Source: an uncultured Corynebacterium sp. (GTDB lineage Bacteria > Actinomycetota > Actinomycetes > Mycobacteriales > Mycobacteriaceae). Taken from it: 44,031 bases of DNA. The notes beneath the pieces were generated by a model. That model did no database searches and had not been told where the DNA came from. It saw only the letters and a program-made list of their open reading frames with translations. Location: positions 1 through 44,031 of the forward strand of contig CAUVMZ010000001.1 of the NCBI GenBank assembly GCA_963552855.1, in the 5' to 3' direction. The translations under genes were made by a program, and so were the position numbers. Positions 15,703 through 23,876 of this stretch are shown in pieces. Within the stretch, counting starts at the first letter, position 1. Each line of letters starts with the position of its first letter.

Positions 15703-16608
15703 ATGACTAATATCGCCCTTTCCCTCGGCAATACCGAAATTCGCCAACTTGGCGGACTCTACTCCCTCAACGACCTGCATCGCGCCGCTGGCGGAGAAGC
15801 ACGCCACCAGCCCGGGAAGTTCACCAGCCTTGAGCAAACCAAGGCACTAATCGCAGAACTCGGAAACTCTCCAGATTCGGAGAGTTTAAAAATTACCACT
15901 GGACGCAACGGCGGCACCTACGCCTGCAAAGAGCTTGTGATTGCCTACGCAGCGTGGATCAGCGCAGCGTTCCATTTGCGGGTCATCCGCGTCTTTCTGG
16001 ACGCCGTGCAGCCCGCCCTGCCAAACGCCTGCATTACCCCCGAACAAGCGGGCGAACTCAGCACGCTGATCGCCGAGCGCTTCCCTGACGGGCGCGACCG
16101 CCCCTATGCCTGGGGGCGCTTCAACAACCACTTCCGCATCGCCCGCTACCGCGAACTGCCCGCCGCGCGCTTTGCCGAAGCCTGCGCTTACATCGGCAGC
16201 ATGCAGCCCAAAGCGCTCCCCGCTCCGAACCTCTCTGCCCTACCCGCCGAAGCACTGGCCGCCGCGCGCAAGCTTGCGCTCGACTACTTCGACGCCATTC
16301 AGGCCGGGAAAAAGAATCCGCGCGTCGGCGAGATCCCGGAAGAGGTACTGACCGGCATCGTGGCCAACATGCTGATGAACAATCGCTGGCTGGTCAGCTT
16401 CGACCCCTTCTCCGGCCGGATGAGCACGCTGCGCATCGACCCGGCGGCGTTCATGGCGACGGCGGAGCAACTGCCCGACTTCATCCGCGAGCCGCTGAAC
16501 ATCCCGGCAAGCACCCTGTTCGACATTCAGGCGGCGTGCCACGAGCGGATCAGGAACAAGTTTGGCGCGATGGAAGAAGCGCGCTTTATCGCCAACGCAA
16601 AACGCTGA
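15703..16608 (+). CDS. Antirepressor-like protein (KilA-N plus ORF6C-like domain); an in-frame upstream Ash-like reading frame starts at 15427
   Basis: YSLNDLHRAAG, GTYACKELVIAYAAWISAAFHLRVIRVF, FNNHFRIARYRELPAARFAEA; AGGAG RBS overlapped by the antisense target. Confidence 0.8.
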   Translation: MTNIALSLGNTEIRQLGGLYSLNDLHRAAGGEARHQPGKFTSLEQTKALIAELGNSPDSESLKITTGRNGGTYACKELVIAYAAWISAAFHLRVIRVFLDAVQPALPNACITPEQAGELSTLIAERFPDGRDRPYAWGRFNNHFRIARYRELPAARFAEACAYIGSMQPKALPAPNLSALPAEALAAARKLALDYFDAIQAGKKNPRVGEIPEEVLTGIVANMLMNNRWLVSFDPFSGRMSTLRIDPAAFMATAEQLPDFIREPLNIPASTLFDIQAACHERIRNKFGAMEEARFIANAKR

Positions 16609-16628
16609 TTTTTTGGGGTTGCCTAGCC

Positions 16629-16727
16629 ATGTATGACGATCAAAACGACGGCGGCATCCAGTACTGGCAGCAGTTTGGCCAGTACGAGGAATACGAAGCC
16701 GAACAAACTGAAGAGGACGAACAATGA
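16629..16727 (+). CDS. Small acidic hypothetical protein (32 aa)
   Basis: MYDDQNDGGIQYWQQ...; ATGA-coupled to erf. Confidence 0.45.
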   Translation: MYDDQNDGGIQYWQQFGQYEEYEAEQTEEDEQ

Positions 16728-17350
16728 GCGTTTATAAAGCGATCAATGCCGTGCAGGCCGAGTTATCCCGCGTCGGCATTGCCAAGGATCGGCGTAACAC
16801 GCAGCAGGGTTACAGCTTTCGGGGCATTGATGATGTGTACTCGGCGCTCTCCCCGTTGCTGGCAAAGCACGGGCTGTGCATCCTGCCGCGCATGCTGAGC
16901 CGGTCGGTAACGGAACGGCAAACGCCTAAAGGCAGTACGTTGTTTTATACCGTGGTTGAGGCCGAGTTCGATTTTGTTTATGCCGAGGACGGGAGCAAGC
17001 ACACCGTCAAAACGTTCGGCGAGGCGATGGACAGCGGCGACAAGAGCACCAACAAGGCAATGAGCGCCGCTTATAAATACGCCGCATTTCAGGCCTTTGC
17101 CATCCCGACCGAAGGCGATAACGACGCTGATGCCTCGACACATGAGGTTGTGCATCAAAAGCCGCCCTACCCGGCCGATAAATTCCGCTCGAACCTGCCG
17201 GCGTGGCATGCCGCCATCGACGCCGGGCGCATCACGCTCGACCAGATTATCGCCAAGGTGTCCAGCGCCTACACACTGACGCGCGAGCAAATCGAGGCGC
17301 TGAATCTTCCACCTGATTCCCCTGAAACCATCCACGATCCGGAGGCATAA
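16724..17350 (+). CDS. ERF-family ssDNA annealing protein
   Basis: GYSFRGIDDV, GEAMDSGDKSTNKAMSAAYKYA, IPTEGDNDAD. Confidence 0.9.
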   Translation: MSVYKAINAVQAELSRVGIAKDRRNTQQGYSFRGIDDVYSALSPLLAKHGLCILPRMLSRSVTERQTPKGSTLFYTVVEAEFDFVYAEDGSKHTVKTFGEAMDSGDKSTNKAMSAAYKYAAFQAFAIPTEGDNDADASTHEVVHQKPPYPADKFRSNLPAWHAAIDAGRITLDQIIAKVSSAYTLTREQIEALNLPPDSPETIHDPEA

Positions 17351-17352
17351 AC

Positions 17353-19074
17353 ATGATTACCCACAAACTGCAACAAGGCACGCCGGAATGGCATGCGTTC
17401 CGCGCCGCACATTTTGCCGCCAGCGACGCGCCGGCCATGCTTGGCGAATCGCCCTACAAAACCCGTGACCAGTTGTTGCGCGAGAAGAAGCTCGGCATCA
17501 CGCCGGATGTTGATACGGCGACACAGCGCCGTTATGACGACGGGCATCGTTTTGAGGCGCTTGCCCGCCCGCTTGCAGAAAACATTATCGGCGAGGAACT
17601 GTTTCCGGCAACGCTTTCCGAAGGCAAGCTGTCCGCCAGCTTCGACGGGCTGACGATGCTCAACGATATTTGTTTTGAGCACAAGACGCTCAATGATGCG
17701 ATCGCCGGGTGCGAAGGCAATCTACCCATCTATTACCGCATCCAGATGGAGCAACAGATGCTCGTATCGGGAGCGCGGAAATGCCTGTTTGTCGCATCGC
17801 AATGGGATGAGCACAACCAGCTTGTCGGCGAGTTGTACCAGACATGGTATTTGCCCGATCCCGATTTGCGCCGGCGCATCATTGACGGCTGGGCGCAGTT
17901 TGAAAAAGACCTGGCGGCGTGGCAGCCGGAAGAACCCACCACTCCTGTCGTTGCCTCGCCCGCGGAAAGCCTGCCCGCTGTAGCTGTCACCGTCACGGGC
18001 GCGCTAACCGTTGGCGGCAATCTGGCAGCGTTCGGCGACGCGCTGCGCGCGTTTGTCGGCCGCATTCCGGCAAAACCGGCAACCGACCAAGAGTTTGCCG
18101 ATTGCGAAGCCGCCTGCAAGTCGCTCAAGAAAGCCGAAGAGGCGCTGGAGGCAGCCGAAACGTCCGCGCTCGCGCAAATCTCTGATGTGGAGGCAATGCG
18201 CCGCACCGTGGCCGATCTGAAGAATCTGGCGAGAACAACTCGTCTGGCGACAGAAAAACTGGTCAAGGCCGAGAAGGAAGCCCGCCGGACAGCGCTGGTT
18301 ATGGACGCCAAACAACAATTCGGACGTCACCTTGAAAAACTGCAACTGGACATCAAAGGCGTGCGGTTAATTGTGTCTTCACCGGATTTTGGAGCGGCCA
18401 TTAAGGGGCTGTCCAGTCTTGACAGCATGAAAAACAAACTTACCGCAGCGCTGCTGGAAGCACAGTCTGAGGCTAACGCGATCTGCGGGCGCGTCAGAGA
18501 CAATCTGCAAGCGCTGGACAGCGTGCGCGACTATGCATTCCTGTTCGCCGACCGGCAGGAACTGGCCTACAAGGATGAAGAAACGCTCGAACTCATCATC
18601 AAACAGCGCATCGATGAGCATAAGCGCGCCGAGGCCGCACGGCTGGAAGCAGAACGTGATCGCATCCGCGCAGAGGAGGAGCGCAAGGCGCGCGAGGCCG
18701 CAGAACGCGCGGCAGAGGAAGAACGCAGACGCATCCGCGCAGAGGAAGAGGCCGCAGAACGCGCGAAGGCAGAATCAGTCGCCTCAGCGCAGCGCGCACT
18801 GGCAAAGCAGGCTGATGAACAGGCTACGGTAACGCAGCCGAAACCGGCGGAATCCGCTCGCGCGCCATCACGCCGCCTGTCGCTGGAGAAAATCTGCGAA
18901 CTGTTGGGCATGGGCGTGTCGCACGATCTGCTGATGTTGCTGGGATTCGGCGCCGAAAAGACGCGCGCAGGCGTGATGTACAGCGCTGACGATTTTATCG
19001 ACATCTGCCAGGCGCTTATCGGACACATCAAAAACGTCGCAGATGATTGGCAGGCCGAGGGGGAAGCAAAATGA
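17353..19074 (+). CDS. YqaJ-family (lambda-exonuclease-like) nuclease with long coiled-coil C-terminus
   Basis: QGTPEWHAFR..ASDAPAMLG.SPY, GHRFE, SASFDG, FEHK, YRIQMEQQ. Confidence 0.9.
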   Translation: MITHKLQQGTPEWHAFRAAHFAASDAPAMLGESPYKTRDQLLREKKLGITPDVDTATQRRYDDGHRFEALARPLAENIIGEELFPATLSEGKLSASFDGLTMLNDICFEHKTLNDAIAGCEGNLPIYYRIQMEQQMLVSGARKCLFVASQWDEHNQLVGELYQTWYLPDPDLRRRIIDGWAQFEKDLAAWQPEEPTTPVVASPAESLPAVAVTVTGALTVGGNLAAFGDALRAFVGRIPAKPATDQEFADCEAACKSLKKAEEALEAAETSALAQISDVEAMRRTVADLKNLARTTRLATEKLVKAEKEARRTALVMDAKQQFGRHLEKLQLDIKGVRLIVSSPDFGAAIKGLSSLDSMKNKLTAALLEAQSEANAICGRVRDNLQALDSVRDYAFLFADRQELAYKDEETLELIIKQRIDEHKRAEAARLEAERDRIRAEEERKAREAAERAAEEERRRIRAEEEAAERAKAESVASAQRALAKQADEQATVTQPKPAESARAPSRRLSLEKICELLGMGVSHDLLMLLGFGAEKTRAGVMYSADDFIDICQALIGHIKNVADDWQAEGEAK

Positions 19075-19838
19075 AGATCACCAAAGAACAAATTGCATCC
19101 TGGGATGCATGCCAGGATGGGTATAAATGGTTCCTGCGCAGATTTCCCGAAGGCAACGCGGAGTACCAGGATGTACTTAATGCGCTTGCTAAGGACGATA
19201 GGCCCGACTATGCCGAGTGGTTGATGAGCTATGCTGGGCCAGACATGGCTGCGGTCATTGAGGCCGATGAGATTGCCGACTGCAAACATTTTTTCGCGGC
19301 CGGCGAGCTCATCGTTGAAACAACGATAACTGTTCCCGGATCGATACGTGCCGGACGTAGCATCAGGGCTGGCGGTGTTATCCAGGCTGGCGGGGGCGTC
19401 AGGGCTGGCGATTGCATCGATGCGGGCGGTGGCATTGATGCGGGCGGTGGCATCTGGGCTGGAGGTAGCATCGGGTCTGACTACGACATTGAGGCGAATT
19501 ATTGCATTAAGGCTGGCGGAAGCATTAGGGTTGACGGCAGCATCAGGGCTGGCGGGTGCATCAAAGCTGTCAGGGAAATCAAGGCTGCCGACGACATCGA
19601 GACGGGTGATTGCATTGAAGCGGGCGGCGGCATCGAGGCGGGTGGTTGTATCAGTGCTGGCTGGGGCATCAGTGCTGGCAAGGGTATCAAAGCGGGTGAT
19701 GACTTTGGAGTATTTGCCGGACTCAGAATCAGGTTGCCAGACTGGGCAAAATTCGCGCGCGTCGTTTCTAAAAATAAACCCAAAAATTTGGTGAGTGGTT
19801 GCTGGGTGCCTGCAATTGCCGAGGAGAAGGCAGCATGA
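19071..19838 (+). CDS. Hypothetical beta-solenoid protein with 20 IxAGxx hexapeptide repeats
   Basis: Repeats in exact 18-bp register at 19344-19703; N-terminal ACQDGYKWF domain. Confidence 0.75.
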   Translation: MKITKEQIASWDACQDGYKWFLRRFPEGNAEYQDVLNALAKDDRPDYAEWLMSYAGPDMAAVIEADEIADCKHFFAAGELIVETTITVPGSIRAGRSIRAGGVIQAGGGVRAGDCIDAGGGIDAGGGIWAGGSIGSDYDIEANYCIKAGGSIRVDGSIRAGGCIKAVREIKAADDIETGDCIEAGGGIEAGGCISAGWGISAGKGIKAGDDFGVFAGLRIRLPDWAKFARVVSKNKPKNLVSGCWVPAIAEEKAA

Positions 19839-20248
19839 AGCTCATCGGCCTGTGCAGACTGGGGCGCGACGCCGAGCTGCGCTATACGACAATCGGCCGA
19901 CACGTTGCCAGCCTGTCGCTCGCCTACAACTACGGACACAAATACGATCGCCAATCCCAATGGATCGAAGCCAGTCTATGGGGCGATCGTGCGGAACGGC
20001 TCGCGCCGTATCTGCTCAAGGGCACGCTGGTCCACGTCATCCTGCGCGATGTGCATGTCGAGACCTACGAAGGCCGCAATGGCTCCAGCGCAAAGCTGGT
20101 CGGAACGGTCATGGACATCGAGTTTGCGAGCGGGAAGCGCGCAGAGGACGGGCAAAAACCGGTTCCCGCACAAAGACCAGCGCCCGCACAAAAACCACAA
20201 AGGCAGGCCCCAGCCTATGACGATGACGACGATTCAATACCTTTTTGA
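19835..20248 (+). CDS. ssb: Single-stranded DNA-binding protein
   Basis: RLGRDAELRYT OB-fold start; acidic tail DDDDDSIPF. Confidence 0.93.
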   Translation: MKLIGLCRLGRDAELRYTTIGRHVASLSLAYNYGHKYDRQSQWIEASLWGDRAERLAPYLLKGTLVHVILRDVHVETYEGRNGSSAKLVGTVMDIEFASGKRAEDGQKPVPAQRPAPAQKPQRQAPAYDDDDDSIPF

Positions 20249-20269
20249 ATTTTTCAACAAGGAGAAGAT

Positions 20270-20365
20270 ATGCAACTGAAAATCAAAAAACCCCATCCGG
20301 CGGCCAAGTTGCCCACCTATGCTTCGAGGTTCCGGAATGCTGAAAAAGGAAGAGACAAACCATGA
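20270..20365 (+). pseudogene. dut: Truncated dUTPase (N-terminal ~19 aa only)
   Basis: AAGGAG RBS; own translation MQLKIKKPHPAAKLPTYAS followed by unrelated sequence and a stop. Confidence 0.65.
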
Positions 20366-20796
20366 AAGAAATTATTGAGCGGCTTGGGGAAGAAAATGCC
20401 CGTGTGGAACGAGTCATTTTATTAGCAGGGGCGCTGGCTAGCGAAGACGCTATACCGAGTGATCTGGATGATTTTTTGGATGATGAGGATGACGAAACAA
20501 TCGAAAAATGCCTCGGCAAAATTCCAAATTGGGTTTCAAAAGAAAATAGGGATAGAAAAAGCGACATTGCCCAATGGCTGATCGAAACAGGAAGGTTTGG
20601 GGTCTTGATCCAATTTGCGACCCCTGTAATGACGCCGCTTGGAGAAGGCGCAATGTCGTTTTCATGGGGCTTCTACACTACAACATGGGTTTATGCCGAC
20701 ACCATTGATGAGGCCATCGACAAAGGGTTGGCATGGGTAAAAGAGTGCCGATCAAAAGAGAACGAAGAGGCAGCGGGAAAAGGACGCGAATCATGA
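20362..20796 (+). CDS. Hypothetical phage protein
   Basis: 144-aa ORF with RBS, coupled to its neighbours. Confidence 0.7.
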   Translation: MKEIIERLGEENARVERVILLAGALASEDAIPSDLDDFLDDEDDETIEKCLGKIPNWVSKENRDRKSDIAQWLIETGRFGVLIQFATPVMTPLGEGAMSFSWGFYTTTWVYADTIDEAIDKGLAWVKECRSKENEEAAGKGRES

Positions 20797-21011
20797 CATC
20801 TACATCCCGCCATTTTCCGGCCGACAGCATCAATATCGGACACTGCTGCCGCCGTTGCGGCGGGCGGATGAAACGCGGCATCGCGCTTGAACAAACATAT
20901 ACCGGCAGCCCGGATTTTCCGGGCGGTGAGGCCGTCACCATGTCGCCCGGCGGGTCGGGTCGGCTGGTGGAATGCATGAAATGTGAAAAATGCGGATGGA
21001 GTGTGACGTGA
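20793..21011 (+). CDS. Small Zn-ribbon protein
   Basis: CRRCGGRM and CEKCGWS; ATGA overlap. Confidence 0.65.
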   Translation: MTSTSRHFPADSINIGHCCRRCGGRMKRGIALEQTYTGSPDFPGGEAVTMSPGGSGRLVECMKCEKCGWSVT

Positions 21012-21036
21012 CGCTTTGCATCGCACAGACTGCCGC

Positions 21037-21291
21037 CTACAGGGCAAAGCGCTCCCGCAGGATGGTATTGACGCGGCTCTGCCAGCCCTTGCCCGTAGCG
21101 CGCAGTACGGCCAGCACATCCGGATCAAGGCGAATCTTGACCGCTTCCTTGGTCACTGCCGCCGGCGGACGCCCCAGCTTGCGCCGCAACCTTGCCGGCA
21201 ACTCATCAAACCGGTGGGCTTCGGCCAGCATTTCATCTGTCCATTCCGGGTTTTCAGGGGTAGGCGTATCAGCGCCGGGTTGCATTTTCAT
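21037..21291 (-). CDS. brnA: BrnA antitoxin
   Basis: ENPEWTDEM..GRPP..KEAVKIRLDPDVL..GKGWQSRVNTILR. Confidence 0.92.
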   Translation of the reverse strand: MKMQPGADTPTPENPEWTDEMLAEAHRFDELPARLRRKLGRPPAAVTKEAVKIRLDPDVLAVLRATGKGWQSRVNTILRERFAL

Positions 21292-21544
21292 AGCGTTTTA
21301 CCTCACGTTTATTCGCCTTGCGAAAACTGATGACGCGGATACCCTTCGCCGTTTCGCTGAAAACCAGCGCATGCAGGCGGCGACCGACAAACCCCAGTCC
21401 GCTCCAGCGGGTCTCGCCATAATCCTTGCGGGCATCTACCCAAAAAAAAGCCGTAGCAAAATCAAACTGACGAACCATCTCGAAAGACGGCCTGCCGGCG
21501 GCAAGATTTTCAGCATTCTTATCAGGATCATACGTGACTTCCAT
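21269..21544 (-). CDS. brnT: BrnT ribonuclease toxin
   Basis: YDPDKNAEN..DARKDYGETR..IRVISFRKANKRE. Confidence 0.92.
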   Translation of the reverse strand: MEVTYDPDKNAENLAAGRPSFEMVRQFDFATAFFWVDARKDYGETRWSGLGFVGRRLHALVFSETAKGIRVISFRKANKREVKRYENATRR

Positions 21545-21584
21545 TTATTTATTGTACCCCCAATAATTGAAAACGCCCAACCCA

Positions 21585-21613
21585 TTGACACCGCCTGCCG
21601 CTTGACGGATACT
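21585..21613 (+). promoter_or_regulatory. Sigma70 promoter of antirepressor cassette 2
   Basis: TTGACA-17-GATACT; near-copy of 15443-15471. Confidence 0.8.
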
Positions 21614-21703
21614 GACCGCCTCTCGAAATCAAACGCGGTCTGTCGCCCCGTCAGTCTGCGGCTTTTTTTACGTCCAGCGTTTGCGCTGGGCGCTGCCAAT
21701 CAA

Positions 21704-21782
21704 CGGCGGGGTAGAGACCGGGCATACAACACCGCAAGGGAAACCCGGACGCGGCTTCGTTTGAGCCGAGAGTGCGCCCGCC
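21704..21782 (+). ncRNA. Second C4-like (c4-2-type) antisense RNA
   Basis: Outer stem GGCGGG/CCCGCC; CCGGG..CCCGG arm. CGTTTGA (21758) and CGAGAG (21767) are complementary to TCAAACG (21629, 21813) and CTCTC(G) (21620, 21804). Confidence 0.75.
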
Positions 21783-21829
21783 ACCCCGCATGCATCGGGT
21801 GGCCTCTCTCAATCAAACGGAGGCCAATC

Positions 21830-22855
21830 ATGGCTGCTCAATCCCACGCGCCCCTTCTATTCGCGCCCTCCCCCGACCAATCGTCTGTCCGTCACCTGCG
21901 CATCCTCATCCGCAGCGTCAAGCCGCTGCCCGATGGCAGCCTGGCCATGGACATCATCTGCGGCGACATCGGCTGTCGCATGCATGTCCCCAACGCGCCC
22001 GGCCGCCCGGATTTCGCGCCCGGCCAGTGCTACCTCATCGAATACCCCAAAGGCCAGAACCCATTGGCCGGCCAATTCACCGCCATCTACCCCGCAGACC
22101 AAAAACCCCAGCCAGAAAGGAAAACGGCAATGACCGCTATGATCGTACCGAATAGTCACCCCGTCACCATGTCCAGTCTGGAAATGGTGGAGTACATCAA
22201 CAGCACCCGCAAGGAAGGCGAGCCGGAACTACGGCATCGTGACTTTTTGGCAAAAGTGCCAAAAGTACTCGGACAGGGGGTATGCGAAAAATTTCGCACA
22301 CCCTATAAACATCCTCAAAACGGACAGACCTATTACATTTACCGTTTTCCCAAACGTGAAGCCTGCCTGATGGCAATGAGCTACAGCTATGAATTGCAGG
22401 CCAGGGTTTACGACAAAATGACCGCGCTGGAACAGCAAGTGCAACAGCAACCCGTCATACCGCAAACCCTGCCCGATGCGCTGCGGCTGGCCGCCGACCT
22501 GGCCGAACAGAAAGCCCGCGCTGAAGAGGCATTGGCCTTAGCCGCGCCCAAAGCCGCCGCGCTCGACCGCATCGCCGCCATCCCCGAAGGCAGCCTGTGC
22601 ATTACCGATGCAGCCAAGGCATTAGGGAAAGCGCCCAAGGCCATGTTCAAGTGGTTGCAGGAACGCCAATGGATTTACCGCCGTCCCGGCGGCAGTCACT
22701 GGATTGCTTATCAGCATCGCCTGCAAACCGGCGTGCTCGACCACAAGATCACCACCATCACCAAAAGCGACGGTTCAGAAAAAATCATCGAACAGGTGCT
22801 TGTCACCGCCAAAGGCATGGCGCGCCTCTCCGAACTCATGGGAGCCATGGCATGA
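21830..22855 (+). CDS. Antirepressor: unknown N-terminal domain, Rha-like domain, ANT/KilAC domain
   Basis: GGAGG RBS; TMSSLEMVE..LRHRDFLAKV..FPKREACLMAMSYS; PQTLPDALRLAADL; SLCITDAAKAL..VLVTAKGMARL; second in-frame start at 22130. Confidence 0.85.
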   Translation: MAAQSHAPLLFAPSPDQSSVRHLRILIRSVKPLPDGSLAMDIICGDIGCRMHVPNAPGRPDFAPGQCYLIEYPKGQNPLAGQFTAIYPADQKPQPERKTAMTAMIVPNSHPVTMSSLEMVEYINSTRKEGEPELRHRDFLAKVPKVLGQGVCEKFRTPYKHPQNGQTYYIYRFPKREACLMAMSYSYELQARVYDKMTALEQQVQQQPVIPQTLPDALRLAADLAEQKARAEEALALAAPKAAALDRIAAIPEGSLCITDAAKALGKAPKAMFKWLQERQWIYRRPGGSHWIAYQHRLQTGVLDHKITTITKSDGSEKIIEQVLVTAKGMARLSELMGAMA

Positions 22856-22935
22856 GCGTAGAAATCATCGCAATCGGGGAATGGATAGTTCTCCCTATTT
22901 GCGTGGTTGCAATACTGTGGATGTGGAGGGATTGA
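22852..22935 (+). CDS. Small TM peptide (27 aa)
   Basis: MSVEIIAIGEWIVLPICVVAILWMWRD; start and stop overlap the neighbouring genes. Confidence 0.45.
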   Translation: MSVEIIAIGEWIVLPICVVAILWMWRD

Positions 22936-23165
22936 TGACATCTCTCCGCGATCCAGCAGTCATTGACCTGGTTGGGTATGCGGTTCAGCGCGCCATTGAG
23001 GCACGGCCGCGCCCATCCAGTGTAACGCAGCGCCAGGCAGCCGAAATGTTGTCCGTGAGCCAGGCGACCGTTTCGCGCCTGGTGCGCACCGGCAAGCTCA
23101 AGCTCAACGGCGTCGGGCAGATTCCAATTGCCGAGATTGACCGGCTGCTGGCAGTTGGCGCATAA
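22935..23165 (+). CDS. xis: Excisionase-like HTH protein
   Basis: VTQRQAAEMLSVSQATVSRLVRTGKL; GGAGG RBS; close to the integrase. Confidence 0.7.
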   Translation: MTSLRDPAVIDLVGYAVQRAIEARPRPSSVTQRQAAEMLSVSQATVSRLVRTGKLKLNGVGQIPIAEIDRLLAVGA

Positions 23166-23184
23166 CTTTCATTCGCAAATGCTT

Positions 23185-23213
23185 TTGACGGCCGCCGGTA
23201 TGGCTGGCACAAT
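23185..23213 (+). promoter_or_regulatory. Moron promoter
   Basis: TTGACG-17-CACAAT with TG extension. Confidence 0.6.
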
Positions 23214-23237
23214 AAGCAACCGAATAAGAAAGCACGC

Positions 23238-23462
23238 ATGACAGGTAACCCAATGCTACCCAAGAGAAGCAGGCGCGAGCCTATTACACTGGACACAAAG
23301 CGTATCAGCGAGGAAGTCTTAAGTGCGCAGGAATTTCTCGCGCTCACAAGGGAAAATCCTGCTGTCATTAAATCATCGCAGGTTGTCGCCCCCAAGCCAG
23401 GGAAAACTGGTTTCGGCGCGTTTCGTGTCCAATACATTTCTCCGCGCTACAAAGCTACGTAA
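23238..23462 (+). CDS. Small hypothetical protein (moron gene 1)
   Basis: 74-aa ORF downstream of its own promoter; start uncertain (23238 or 23253). Confidence 0.6.
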   Translation: MTGNPMLPKRSRREPITLDTKRISEEVLSAQEFLALTRENPAVIKSSQVVAPKPGKTGFGAFRVQYISPRYKAT

Positions 23463-23465
23463 GGT

Positions 23466-23873
23466 ATGGCAACAAACGCAAAACCTCCCGTAAGGCCGCC
23501 AGAACTGAGCCAGGAAGCAATACTAAAACTGGTCGAACAGCAATCAAAAGAAACGGATGTCAGGATGGCGGAAATTGACCTACGTTCACAGGAGTTGAAA
23601 TACAATTCAGCCCACGCGGAAAAAATTCTTGGTGCACAGGAGCGCGACAGAAACGCCGAGCGAGAATTCGAGCTAGAAAAGGAGCGCGCAAAACTGATCT
23701 TTGCCATTGCATGTATTGCACTTGTCTCCATCATCATTATATTCGGCATGTACATGGACAAGGATGCGCTCGTTGCCGACATTGTCAAGATTTTCAGCGG
23801 CGCTGTCCTCGGCATGATAGGCGGCTACGGGTACGCGCGGGTTTCCTTGGGTGCAAACAGAAACGCGGAATAG
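23466..23873 (+). CDS. Coiled-coil plus two-TM membrane protein (moron gene 2)
   Basis: Two C-terminal hydrophobic helices; 3 bp from the upstream gene. Confidence 0.7.
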   Translation: MATNAKPPVRPPELSQEAILKLVEQQSKETDVRMAEIDLRSQELKYNSAHAEKILGAQERDRNAEREFELEKERAKLIFAIACIALVSIIIIFGMYMDKDALVADIVKIFSGAVLGMIGGYGYARVSLGANRNAE

Positions 23874-23876
23874 CTT

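Noticed and set aside
19344..19703. CRISPR-like or DGR-like array
   Set aside because: The 18-bp periodicity is explained by a hexapeptide protein repeat; there are no constant repeat/spacer units and no cas or reverse transcriptase gene in the window.
20990..21829. First 280 codons of the 621-aa ORF 20990-22855
   Set aside because: Antisense to brnTA and running across the promoter and antisense RNA; the credible start is 21830 (GGAGG RBS).
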